DNA of 64,000 nucleotides from Eledone cirrhosa (Eukaryota): NCBI GenBank assembly GCA_964016885.1, contig OZ024743.1, positions 70,060,001 to 70,124,000 of the forward strand, read 5' to 3'. Shown piece by piece: positions 25,166 to 37,801 of this stretch (position 1 is its first letter; each line of letters starts with the position of its first letter). The notes under the pieces were generated by a model. It saw only the letters and a program-made list of their open reading frames with translations, ran no database searches and was not told where the DNA came from. The position numbers and the translations under genes were made by a program.

Positions 25166-26185
25166 TATTGTTTTCATTATTGTTTTTATTATTTTGTCAA
25201 TTTTCTGTCAGTTTTAACTTTCGGAAAAGGAAGTTAGTTTACATGAGAACTTCATACATAGCTGGACACTCCATTACACTGGTGGGGGGGGGGATACTCA
25301 CAGACATATACTCATACATACACACATACACACACACACAGACAGACATACTCATAGATATACACACACATACTCAGATACACACGCGCGCACACACACA
25401 CAGACACAGACATACTCACATACACACACAGAGACATACCCACACTGTGCATACTTACACACAGACACTCACACACATACTCACACACACACACACACAC
25501 ATAAAATACACACATATACAGACATAGACATACATACACACACACAGACACAGGCAGAAACACACACAAAACACATACATATACAGACATAGACATACAC
25601 ACACACAGATACATAAACACACACACAGACACAGGCTGACACACACACACACACAAAACACATACGTATACAGACATAGACATACACACACACAGAAACA
25701 CACACATACATACCCACACACACAGACACAGGTTGACACACACACACACTCAAAACACATACATATACAGACATAGACATACACACACACACAGAAACAC
25801 ACACATACATACCCACACACACAGACAGAGGCCTACACACACACACAATCCACACACCCTGTCATCTATCATTAGCTCCCTTTCTCTCTAACCTGACCCC
25901 AATGTCCTAATATGTCCCAACGTCAATGTAATAACATTCCTTACAGGGGACACTAACCTCAAACTTCGCCCTCACCCCCCTCTCTCTCCCTCACCCATTC
26001 TCTCTCTCACTCATCCCCTCTCTCTCTCACTACCGCTCTCTCTCTCTCTGTCTCTCCCCCATTCTCTCTCTGTCTCTCCCCCCTCTCTCTCTCTTTATAT
26101 ATATACATATATTTGCATTCAAACCATATACCACACAGGTTTATACATACATGCATAACATTACTATACATACATATGAAATATT

Positions 26186-26217
<32 letters not shown>

Positions 26218-26599
26218 CGTGTGTGTGCGCGCATGTATGTGTGTATGTGTGTGTGTGTGTGCATGTATACAAATATATATATATATATATATATATTTGT
26301 ATACATACACACACACACATACACACGCACACACGCGCACACACACACACATATATTTATATATGTGTGTGTGTGTGTTTGTGTGTATGCGTGTGTGTGT
26401 GTGTGTGTGTGTGCATGTAATCAAATATATATATATATATATACACATATATCCCCTCCCATATATATATATATATATATATAAACGTATGTATAATATA
26501 TTACTTATCATTCGTTCATTCGTTTGATACATTATCAGTGAGGACTTCCGAGGACATAGTGAGGTCAGCGGGGGTCACTGATATTTTAAACGGTGACGT

Positions 26600-26601
26600 T
26601 A

Positions 26602-26643
<42 letters not shown>

Positions 26644-26762
26644 GTGTAGTGGTGGTGGTGGTGGTAGCTGTAGTAGTAGCAGTAGTAGTAGTGGTGGTGT
26701 TGGTGGTGGTAGTAGTAATTATAGTGGTGATGGTGGTGGTGGTGGTGGTGGTGGTGGTGGTG

Positions 26763-26794
<32 letters not shown>

Positions 26795-26831
26795 GGTGGT
26801 AGTGGTAGTTGTAGTGGTGGTAGTGGTAGTT

Positions 26832-26865
<34 letters not shown>

Positions 26866-27165
26866 CTTGTATTATAGGCGTACGCATCAATGATAGAGTC
26901 AAAGCCCCACCACCATCACATCGTCCACAACCACCCACCCCTTCCATCACCAACACCCCTGCACCACCACCACCACCACCATTCCCAACACCATAATTAC
27001 TACCATCAACTCCACCATCAACCCTACACCACCACCACCATCATTACAACCACCAACTTCCCCACCCCAACCCCCACCATCATTACCACCACGACGACCA
27101 CCACTATCATCATCCCACCATCCTCATCCCCACCCCAGCCCCCCACCACCATTACCACCACTATG
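26600..27165. repeat. (GTA/GTG)n and (CAC)n low-complexity repeats
   Basis: Visible trinucleotide arrays. Confidence 0.9.
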
Positions 27166-27664
27166 AACCCTTCCAGGGATTCGGTTGGCAAATGTGGGGA
27201 AAATTAGGGCAAAGTTGAAAGCTAAATAACGTGTAAGAGATGGATGAAGGTTTCCAACGCCAATAGGCTACAGATGTCTGATCGATCGAACGTTCGATCT
27301 GTGGTGCTGTATCGTTGTTCTGCCACCAGCACACATCAGATTAAAGGTGTTGCAGCCATTGACATCTCTTGGGAATAAAAAAAAAACACACGCAAACGTA
27401 GACATACACACAAATCTACATAGACATACACACAAACACGCAAATCCCACCCCCATACATACATACATACACGCACACACATAGACACATTACAACTCCA
27501 CACACATACATGCACACATACACACCTCCCACCACCACACACATACATGCACACACAGAGACATTTTACCTCCACATTCACACACAGTCATGCACACACA
27601 TACACACCTCTCACTTCCACACACATACACTCCTCCCACCTCCACCTTCACACACAGATATATA

Positions 27665-27860
27665 GGCGGAGTGTGGATTGGCAGTATCGGTAGAGGGTCG
27701 GACGCCATGCTTTGACTCATAGAGTTACGGCCCTTGCCATTCTGAGTTTAAATCCCGCCGAGGTTTACTTTGCCTTTCATCCTTACGGGGTCGATAAAAT
27801 AAAGTACCAGTAATGCACTGGGTATTTGCTGACCTTGCGCCAAAAGTAGAAACAATTATT
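27665..27860 (+). mobile_element. Near-complete copy of the abundant SINE
   Basis: TTGGCAGTATCGGTAGAG (A-box-like)...GAGTTTAAATCC (B-box)...CCTTGCGCCAAAAGTAGAAACAATTATT. Confidence 0.9.
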
Positions 27861-27956
27861 TATATATTTGTTTCAGAGAAATGACTTCTACAAGACTAAA
27901 ACTTCGTATGAGGAGCAAATTATCAGGAAAATCATATGAATGATACAATTTATATA

Positions 27957-28043
<87 letters not shown>

Positions 28044-28045
<2 letters not shown>

Positions 28046-28281
28046 CAGCTCACACCTATGCAGGTTTATCTGGCCTCCACTAAGGTATATTTCGTTGGAG
28101 GTGTCTTGGGGGATTTAATGATAGGGACCCCAGTCCTCTCATCTCATTTCTACAGCTGAGTAAACTGGAGCAATGTGAAATAAAGTGTCTTGCTCAAGGA
28201 AACAACACATCACTCGGTCCGAGAATTGAATTCACAACCTTTTGATTGCAAGCCCAATGCTCTATCCACTAAGCCTTCACC
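28044..28281 (-). mobile_element. Second tRNA-derived SINE family
   Basis: Reverse complement of 50443-50685; tRNA-like head plus CCTTGAGCAAGACACTT central motif. Confidence 0.85.
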
Positions 28282-28471
28282 ATATATATATATTAGGTGG
28301 AGCACAGCAGCTGTGCTCAGCCGTTAAGCCCCGATACTTTCCAATATATTCACACTCAACTATCCAAAGTATTGAGTACTTTGTTCAATAAAGGTATAAC
28401 TATTTAAATACTGGTTTAATCCTCGTACTTCAACTTTCCGTCCTCCTGTTGCTTTATTCAATATATATATA

Positions 28472-29067
28472 TCAATACTCTACCAACATGCTAAAATAGA
28501 ACATAGGGGCAAATTAGAGAACATAGAATTAAAAGTAAAATCTACACACAGAAAAGACGCAATGTTTAGACAAATCACAGAGGCAATAAACATAAATGAA
28601 ACCCAACCAAAATTAAATAGAAAACATGAATGGAATAGCAACATCACAACTTACAATTAAGGACAAAATGAAAACGCACACACACATAGAACAAACAACC
28701 AGCCAGTAACATGTAAATAAACAAATAAATAAACAAATAAAAACACACACAGACCCCCGGATGTAACACATGCGCAAACTAAGCACACAACACACACAAA
28801 AACAAGATGGCGTAGGACAGAACAAAGAAGAGGCACAAAACAAAGAAAAGAATCCCCAGTCACTGAAGAGGTCACAGAATGTGTGACAAAAGAACTTTGA
28901 CAATATATGAACAACCGTCCGGTTGTGGAACCAACCACCAACCGGAAATTTATAAATTTTTTTGAAAAAATTTAAAAAAAAAAAATTTTTAATTTATAAT
29001 AAATTGGAGTTAAACAACTGGTGCGTGTGTTTCTTATTGGCAACATGACCCTCCCAAAGTATAACAA
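28472..29067 (+). mobile_element. 5'-truncated PLE: GIY-YIG C-terminal remnant, 3'UTR and degenerate HHR
   Basis: 28472-28660 encodes SILYQHAKIEH...KDAMFRQITEAININETQPKLNRKHEWNS...*; GTCA CTGAAGA GGTCACA..TGTGAC at about 28859-28901; flanked by (TA)n. Confidence 0.6.
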
Positions 29068-29079
29068 TATATATATATA

Positions 29080-29424
<345 letters not shown>

Positions 29425-30424
29425 GAACACTGGAAGGTAATATCCGTAGTGGTAGAACACTCAACCATAGGACGAGTTAGGTAGAAGTGGAAATACAACA
29501 GTTAGTTCACCATACCGAGAACAATTGTTCTCGGTATGGTGAACTAATTATCGGACTCCTCTTGATAATGGATGAAAAATCCGAAAATATTTGGTATCAT
29601 TAAAACTTACAATGGTAACTTGCTATCGTCCTCACTCTTTTATTTAACTTCATTTTATTCCTCTACATACTTTCTCAAATTCTTATTATTATGGCATGTA
29701 TACCTAACACGTATTGTTGAGTTTCCAAATAACCAAACTTTTTTCTTAGTCGTATTTGTGTTTCATATTCCACAATACTTCAAGCAAGCTACAACACTTC
29801 ACATATATGTTAAACTTCTGTGTGTGTGTGTGAACTGCGACTGTGACTATATAAAACGTTGTCTGGAAACGTATTTATGTCTTTTACTTTTGCATTTCAA
29901 TAACATAGAAATCGATAGGGCAAGTAGAACACTTGGAAAAACATCGACAGAGGTCTCTATGATCCTCAAAATCCATAGTTGGTGCTGCAGCATGGCCACA
30001 CTCTAATGACTGAAACTAGTAAAAGAATGTTACCGGAGCCATCAAAATTCCATAATTTTCCACAATTATCCACCATATTACGGGAATATTAATATGCACA
30101 ACAAGTGCCTTTAATGTAGGTTATTTACTCTGGCAGGGTGTGATTTTAACAAAGGATGCTACCAGGTCGAGACTGCTTTCATTCCTTTGCCAGAATTCTC
30201 GTTCGTATAACATGGTTTCATGGTTTCTGTTTAATTTGGGTAGTTACGAAAGTAGTTCACCTACATAGAAGGCGATGATGTTCTGGTATCATAGGGAAGC
30301 GATGCTGCTTAATGTTTAGGGTGTTCGGCTCACAATCGTGAATACGTCACCTGGCGACGCGTGGTGTCGTTTACCAAGACGCTTTATTTATCGTTGGTAC
30401 AGTCCACTCCAAGTGGAGTTGCGT

Positions 30425-30688
30425 TGTCATGTGGTAAGGCTGTTGGACTTAAGATCATAATGATGACGGTTCGGTTCCTGGGCTGGGTTGCGTGTTGTGT
30501 CCTTGAGGAAAACAATTCATTTTACGTTACTCCAATATACTCAACTGAAAATGAGTAGCAGTAGAAGCTGGAGTGGGGGGGTTGAATTTGCGATGAACTG
30601 GCGTCTGAGCAGTGCAGAGTCTCGTACGCTCAGTCGCTCCACGCCACGTAACCGGGATAAGCGCCGGCCAGACGAGCCTTTTGGCTAA
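30425..30688 (+). mobile_element. Old tRNA-derived SINE with GTGTCCTTGAG central domain
   Basis: tRNA-like head, GTGTTGTGTCCTTGAGGAAAAC, and GCGATGAACTGGCGTC...AACCGGGATAAGC tail. Confidence 0.65.
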
Positions 30689-30956
30689 ACAGAGATTTTA
30701 GACAGTCCACTAAGGGTCACACTGAATCTTCCTGAGAACGATATTGAAGATTTTCATTTATGAGGAATTGTCAGTCAGTTTAATTTCACAAGCAGGCTGT
30801 TCCTTTGTTCGAACAATTGCAACAACCGTCGTATATCTGAAATAGATCCACGCATACACCACAGCATTGTCGACAGGAATTGGATAAAGAGAATGATGGA
30901 AAGGGGGAGCGAAAGACGAAAGAGTGGCAGAGAGAGAAGTTGAAGCCACTTTACAT

Positions 30957-31021
<65 letters not shown>

Positions 31022-31035
31022 CTTATGAATATCTT

Positions 31036-31101
<66 letters not shown>

Positions 31102-31147
31102 CATATATACATATATGCATATAAATATACATATATAATTTTCATGC

Positions 31148-31190
<43 letters not shown>

Positions 31191-32232
31191 GAGAGGATCA
31201 TGTATAAATCACAGTAAATCTCGTGGAATATTTTTGGATAAGGCCAATAGAGAAAAACATGTTTTCTGTTTTGCTTTTTATCCAAACAAATGCAGTTTTG
31301 TTTTATCTTATGTAATAATAAGTAGATTTACATACTTTAGGAAATATACGAATTTGAAGTGCGTTTGTTAGTGTGTTGGAGTGGTCTATGTATGTGGGTA
31401 GGAGGACTGTGTATGTGTGTATGAGTGATGTGTATACGTGAAATGTGCGTATTTTGTATGTGTCCATTTACATATCAATCCCTGTTTTATCCCCAAACAC
31501 ATGTTGTATATTATTTACATACATACAGGCAGATAGGCATAATACACATATACTCACTCATTTACGCATAGACATATATATATATATATACATACACACA
31601 TACATACATACATATGTACATAAATACATACATACGTACGCACATACATGAATACATACATACATACGTACCTACTTACATAAGTATGTACATACATGTA
31701 TACATGCATACATTCGTACATACACACATGCACATATACATACACACACACACACATACACATATACACACATACATACATACATATATACATACATACA
31801 TACATACATACATACACACTACATATAAAATGTAGAAATGAGTATACCAGAGGAGAGCTTGTATTTATTTCAGAGAATGTGTTTCACAGTGACAGATTAT
31901 AGACGCTGTAAACAAGTTTCTGAACGATTCTCTTTTCTTCTGTTTTTGCTCTTCATTCTAACGATATTATTTATATCACTAGAGTTGTTGTATATAATTT
32001 ATTTAATAACCAATAGGCTTAAAGTATTAGCAGTGCGACGTCAAAGGCACAATGCAAATATATATGAATATTTGTTTCTTCTCTCTCTTTTCACACATAC
32101 ATGTTGCTTACAGAAGAAAACCTCGAATAAACAAACAAACACACACACACACACACACATACATACAACACACACACCACACACACATACAACACATACA
32201 ACACACACATACATACAAATATATATTCTTAT

Positions 32233-32267
<35 letters not shown>

Positions 32268-32374
32268 AATAGAATGAAACGAAATTTCATTTCTCACTCT
32301 TAGTACAGCACTTACTTAGATGTAAGTATGTATGTATACGTACATACATATATGTATACATACGTACAGAAGCA

Positions 32375-32412
<38 letters not shown>

Positions 32413-32499
32413 CAGGCACACATATATGTATGTACGTATCAGTTTACCGAACATTTATTATAATGCTCGGTTTGTCCGTTTGTAAACAAACGAACAGCC

Positions 32500-32542
<43 letters not shown>

Positions 32543-32760
32543 GTTATTCAGGGTTGAATCGGAGGTAACCACAGTAAGTAAGGTACTCAATACATTGCAG
32601 AGTATAACAGTTTTAATATAGATGAGATTCTACAGGACTAGAACTGTTTCATTCTTTAGATTTCTAAAGAATGAAACAGTTCTAGTCCTGTAGAATCTCA
32701 TCTATATTAAAACTATATATATATATGTGTGTATAGAGAGAGAGAGAGAGAGAGAGAGAG

Positions 32761-32839
<79 letters not shown>

Positions 32840-33000
32840 TATATATATATATTTATATATATATACACATATCTCTCTCTCTCTCTCTCTCTCAATATAT
32901 ATATATATATATATGTAGTAGGGAAGTTTTATTGTAGCACAATAAAGCAATGCAAATAACGGATAAGTAGCACTCAACAATTCATACGACTGGAGTATAA

Positions 33001-33324
33001 ATAATATAAGATCAACATATGGTTAAAAGAGTTCCATGTATTTTATTATGCGCATTTCAAAAACAAATATCATCATGGGGTGATATTTGCGTTCTCATCA
33101 GATACAATAGGGAGACATGATATGAAGCTTAAAAAACACTTGCGAGTAGTGAAGTGAATATGTTGATTTAACACTTCACTGCTCGCAAGTGTTTTTTAAG
33201 CTTCATACTATGTCTCCCTATTTTATCTGATGAGAACGCAAATATCATCCCATGATGATATTTATTTTTGAAATGCGCATAATAAAATACATGGAACTCT
33301 TTTAACCATCTTTTGATCTTATAT

Positions 33325-33327
<3 letters not shown>
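33001..33327. repeat. ~155-bp-arm inverted repeat carrying an HHR motif in each arm
   Basis: 33001-33157 is the near-perfect reverse complement of 33172-33327. Confidence 0.9.
33219..33289 (+). ncRNA. Type-I hammerhead ribozyme motif
   Basis: TATTTTAT CTGATGA [stem II with AAATATCATC/GATGATATTT] GAAA TGCGCA TA ATAAAATA: 8-bp stem I, palindromic stem III. Confidence 0.75.
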
Positions 33328-33370
<43 letters not shown>

Positions 33371-33444
33371 AAAAAAGGGAGAGAGAGAGGGAGAGAGAGA
33401 GAGAGAGATATGAGTATATATATATATTTATATATATATATATT

Positions 33445-33491
<47 letters not shown>

Positions 33492-33562
33492 CTCTCTCTC
33501 TCTCTTTCTCTCTCGCTCTCTTTCTCTCTCGCTCTCTTTCTCTCTCTCTCTCGCTCTCTTTA

Positions 33563-33608
<46 letters not shown>

Positions 33609-33789
33609 CATACATACATTCACGAGCCTTTCAGGATACTAATAGGAAACAATAGGAAACAATAGGAAACAATAGGAAACAATCACACAACTCGCATCAT
33701 CGACTGCAACTGAGAGATACACTCTTCTATTGTTGAATTGTTTCGGTGTGTTTATATATCTTCCTACATTTCTTGATACAGCGTCCTTA

Positions 33790-34483
33790 TCATCAGCATC
33801 CTCATCAGCAGCAGTTTCAGCATCATCATCATACTCATCGTCATCATCATCATACTCATCATCATCATCATCATCATCAACAGCATGAAGAACAACACCA
33901 TCTATAACATCAACATCAACAACAACACCATCATCATCAACATCATCAATACTATCAACAACAACAGCAGCAAGACCATCATCAACATCATCACCATCTT
34001 CAGCATCATCTGCATCATCAGCATCAACAAAAACAATAGCAACAACACCACCACCACCACCACCATCCTCATCATCATCATCATCATCGTCATCATAATG
34101 GCCACCACCATCATCATTGTCATCATTGTCATCATTATCATCATCATCATTATCAACACCATCATCATCACCATCAACAACAACAACAACACCATCGTCA
34201 TCAGTATCATCAACATCAACACTATCATCACTATCAACATCATCATCAATAAAACTAACATCATCATCATCAACATCATCAGTAAAAGCAACAACAACAT
34301 TATCAACAAAACTGACATCAACAACATCATAAACAACATCAACATCATAACCATCTCCACCACTACCATTATTATCATCATCATCATCATCATCATCGTT
34401 ACCAACAACAGCAACAACAACAGCAACAATTCATCTTCATCATCATCATCATCATCATCATCATCTAAAACAATAACGTCATC

Positions 34484-34519
<36 letters not shown>

Positions 34520-34545
34520 TATATACAACAATACAACGTCATCTT
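33790..34545. repeat. (CAT/CAA)n low-complexity repeat
   Basis: Source of the poly-Ile/Asn/Ser pseudo-ORFs. Confidence 0.92.
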
Positions 34546-37190
34546 TATCATCAACAGAAAAAAGATAAATACTGTCATATCATCGACCTGGCCATACTAA
34601 ATGACACAAATATTGCGAGTAAGGAGATTGATTAAATCACCAGGTAGCGCTCGCAGGACTATTTGGAATACAAGTGATACCAGTTGTGATGGGGGCATTA
34701 GAAGTAATCACCAGGTGGCGCTAGCAGGACTATTTGGAATACAAGTGATACCAGTTGTGATGGGGGCATTAGAAGAAATCACCAGGTGGCGCTAGCAAGA
34801 CTATTTGGAATACAAGTGATACCAGTTGTGATGGGGGCATTAGAAGAAATCACCAGGTGGCGCTAGCAGGACTATTTGGAATACAAGTGATACCAGTTGT
34901 GATGGGGGCATTAGAAGAAATCACCAGGTGGCGCTAGCAGGACTATTTGGAATACAAGTGATACCAGTTGTGATGGGGGCATTAGAATATATCACCAGGT
35001 GGAGCTAGCAGGACTATTTGGAATACAAGTGATACCAGTTGTGATGGGGGCATTAGAAGAAATCACCAGGTGGCGCTAGCAGGACTATTTGGAATACAAG
35101 TGATACCAGTTGTGATGGGGGCATTAGAATTAATCACCAGGTGGCGCTAGCAGGACTATTTGGAATACAAGTGATACCAGTTGTGATGGGGGCATTAGAA
35201 GAAATCACCAGGTGGCGCTAGCAGGACTATTTGGAATACAAGTGATACCAGTTTTGATGGGGGCATTAGAATATATCACCAGGTGGAGCTAGCAGGACTA
35301 TTTGGAATACAAGTGATACCAGTTGTGATGGGGGCATTAGAAGAAATCACCAGGTGGAGCTAGTAGGAATATTTGGAATACAAGTGATACCAGTTGTGAT
35401 GGGGGCATTAGAATATATCACCAGGTGGCGCTAGTAGGAATATTTGGAATACAAGTGATACCAGTTGTGATGGGGGCATTAGAAGAAATCACCAGGTGGC
35501 GCTAGCAGGACTATTTGGAATACAAGTGATACCAGTTGTGATGGGGGCATTAGAATATATCACCAGGTGGCGCTAGTAGGAATATTTGGAATACAAGTGA
35601 TACCAGTTGTGATGGGGGCATTAGAAGAAATCACCAGGTGGCGCTAGTAGGAATATTTGGAATACAAGTGATACCAGTTGTGATGGGGGCATTAGAAGTA
35701 ATCACCAGGTGGCGCTAGCAGGACTATTTGGAATACAAGTGATACCAGTTGTGATGGGGGCATTAGAATATATCACCAGGTGGCGCTAGCAGGACTATTT
35801 GGAATACAAGTGATACCAGTTGTGATGGGGGCATTAGAATTAATCACCAGGTGGAGCTAGCAGGACTATTTGGAATACAAGTGATACCAGTTGTGATGGG
35901 GGCATTAGAATTAATCACCAGGTGGCGCTAGCAGGACTATTTGGAATACAAGTGATACCAGTTGTGATGGGGGCATTAGAAGAAATCACCAGGTGGCGCT
36001 AGCAGGACTATTTGGAATACAAGTGATACCAGTTGTGATGGGGGCATTAGAATATATCACCAGGTGGAGCTAGCAGGACTATTTGGAATACAAGTGATAC
36101 CAGTTGTGATGGGGGCATTAGAAGAAATCACCAGGTGGCGCTAGCAGGACTATTTGGAATACAAGTGGTACCAGTTGTGATGGGGGCATTAGAATTAATC
36201 ACCAGGTGGCGCTAGCAGGACTATTTGGAATACAAGTGATACCAGTTGTGATGGGGGCATTAGAAGAAATCACCAGGTGGCGCTAGCAGGACTATTTGGA
36301 ATACAAGTGATACCAGTTTTGATGGGGGCATTAGAATATATCACCAGGTGGAGCTAGCAGGACTATTTGGAATACAAGTGATACCAGTTGTGATGGGGGC
36401 ATTAGAAGAAATCACCAGGTGGAGCTAGTAGGAATATTTGGAATACAAGTGATACCAGTTGTGATGGGGGCATTAGAATATATCACCAGGTGGCGCTAGT
36501 AGGAATATTTGGAATACAAGTGATACCAGTTGTGATGGGGGCATTAGAAGAAATCACCAGGTGGCGCTAGCAGGACTATTTGGAATACAAGTGATACCAG
36601 TTGTGATGGGGGCATTAGAATATATCACCAGGTGGCGCTAGTAGGAATATTTGGAATACAAGTGATACCAGTTGTGATGGGGGCATTAGAAGAAATCACC
36701 AGGTGGCGCTAGTAGGAATATTTGGAATACAAGTGATACCAGTTGTGATGGGGGCATTAGAAGTAATCACCAGGTGGCGCTAGCAGGACTATTTGGAATA
36801 CAAGTGATACCAGTTGTGATGGGGGCATTAGAATATATCACCAGGTGGCGCTAGCAGGACTATTTGGAATACAAGTGATACCAGTTGTGATGGGGGCATT
36901 AGAATTAATCACCAGGTGGAGCTAGCAGGACTATTTGGAATACAAGTGATACCAGTTGTGATGGGGGCATTAGAATTAATCACCAGGTGGAGCTAGCAGG
37001 ACTATTTGGAATACAAGTGATACCAGTTGTGATCGAGACATTAGAATTAATCCCATTGAAACTTCAGAACTTCTTAAAGTGACTAGGAACACCATACAGA
37101 TTGGTTGTCATACAAAGGGTGGTTTTCCTAGTAACTGCCGCAGATTTTTGGGGAAGTATTCTCTGTGTGAGTTCCTTGTTGTGACTTGAC
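34545..37190 (+). mobile_element. R4/Dong-type RLE LINE 3' fragment split by an internal tandem amplification
   Basis: Left flank KYCHIIDLAILNDTNIASKEID*IT; right flank VIPVVIETLELIPLKLQNFLK*LGTPYRLVVIQRVVFLVTA; both match the RLE C-terminus. Confidence 0.75.
34637..37051. repeat. 71-bp tandem repeat, about 34 copies, with a duplicated 15-unit block
   Basis: Unit ATCACCAGGTGGCGCTAGCAGGACTATTTGGAATACAAGTGATACCAGTTGTGATGGGGGCATTAGAAGAA; CACCAGG at 34709 and 34780. Confidence 0.97.
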
Positions 37191-37244
37191 GGTGCATTGT
37201 CACTGCCTGACAGAGTGATGACAGTAGTAGTAATGGTTTCTGGC

Positions 37245-37800
37245 TTTCTGATTTAGGCACATGGCCAGCAATGTTTGGGCAAGAGAATGTCGATTAAATC
37301 AACCCCAGTGCGTTACTGGTACTTTATTTTAACGACCACGTAACAATGAAAGGCATAGCTAACCTCAGCAGGATTTTAATAATAGTAGCAATAATTATTT
37401 CTACTATAGGCACAAGGCCAGTAATTACCTCAGTTCATTACTGGTACTTTATTTTATTGACCTGACACCATAAGGATGAAAGATAAAGTTAACCTCGGCG
37501 GGATTTGAACATAGAATGGAAAGGGCCGTAACTCTGTGCGTCAAAGCATGGCGTCCCACCCTCTACCGATACTGTCAATTCACCGCCCTACTATTGGCAA
37601 TATCGGTAGAGCGTCAGAAAACATGCTTTGCATGATAGTTACGGCCCTTTGCGTTCTGAGATCAAATCCACAGAGGTTAACTTTGCCTTTCATCCTTACG
37701 AGGTCGATAAAATAAAGTACCAGAGATGCACTTGGGTCAATTTAATCGACGTTCCTCTCCTCGCAAAATTGCTCGCCTTGTGCCTACAGTAGAAATCATT
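37245..37800. mobile_element. SINE cluster (two minus copies, then one plus copy at 37595-37800)
   Basis: SINE cores in both orientations. Confidence 0.87.
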
Positions 37801-37801
37801 A

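Noticed and set aside
33885-34568. Ile/Asn-rich 227-aa ORF
   Set aside because: (CAT/CAA)n low-complexity repeat.
34637-37051. CRISPR-like array
   Set aside because: Units are contiguous with only a few variable bases and no unique spacers; the DNA is eukaryotic, has no cas genes, and the unit derives from a LINE.
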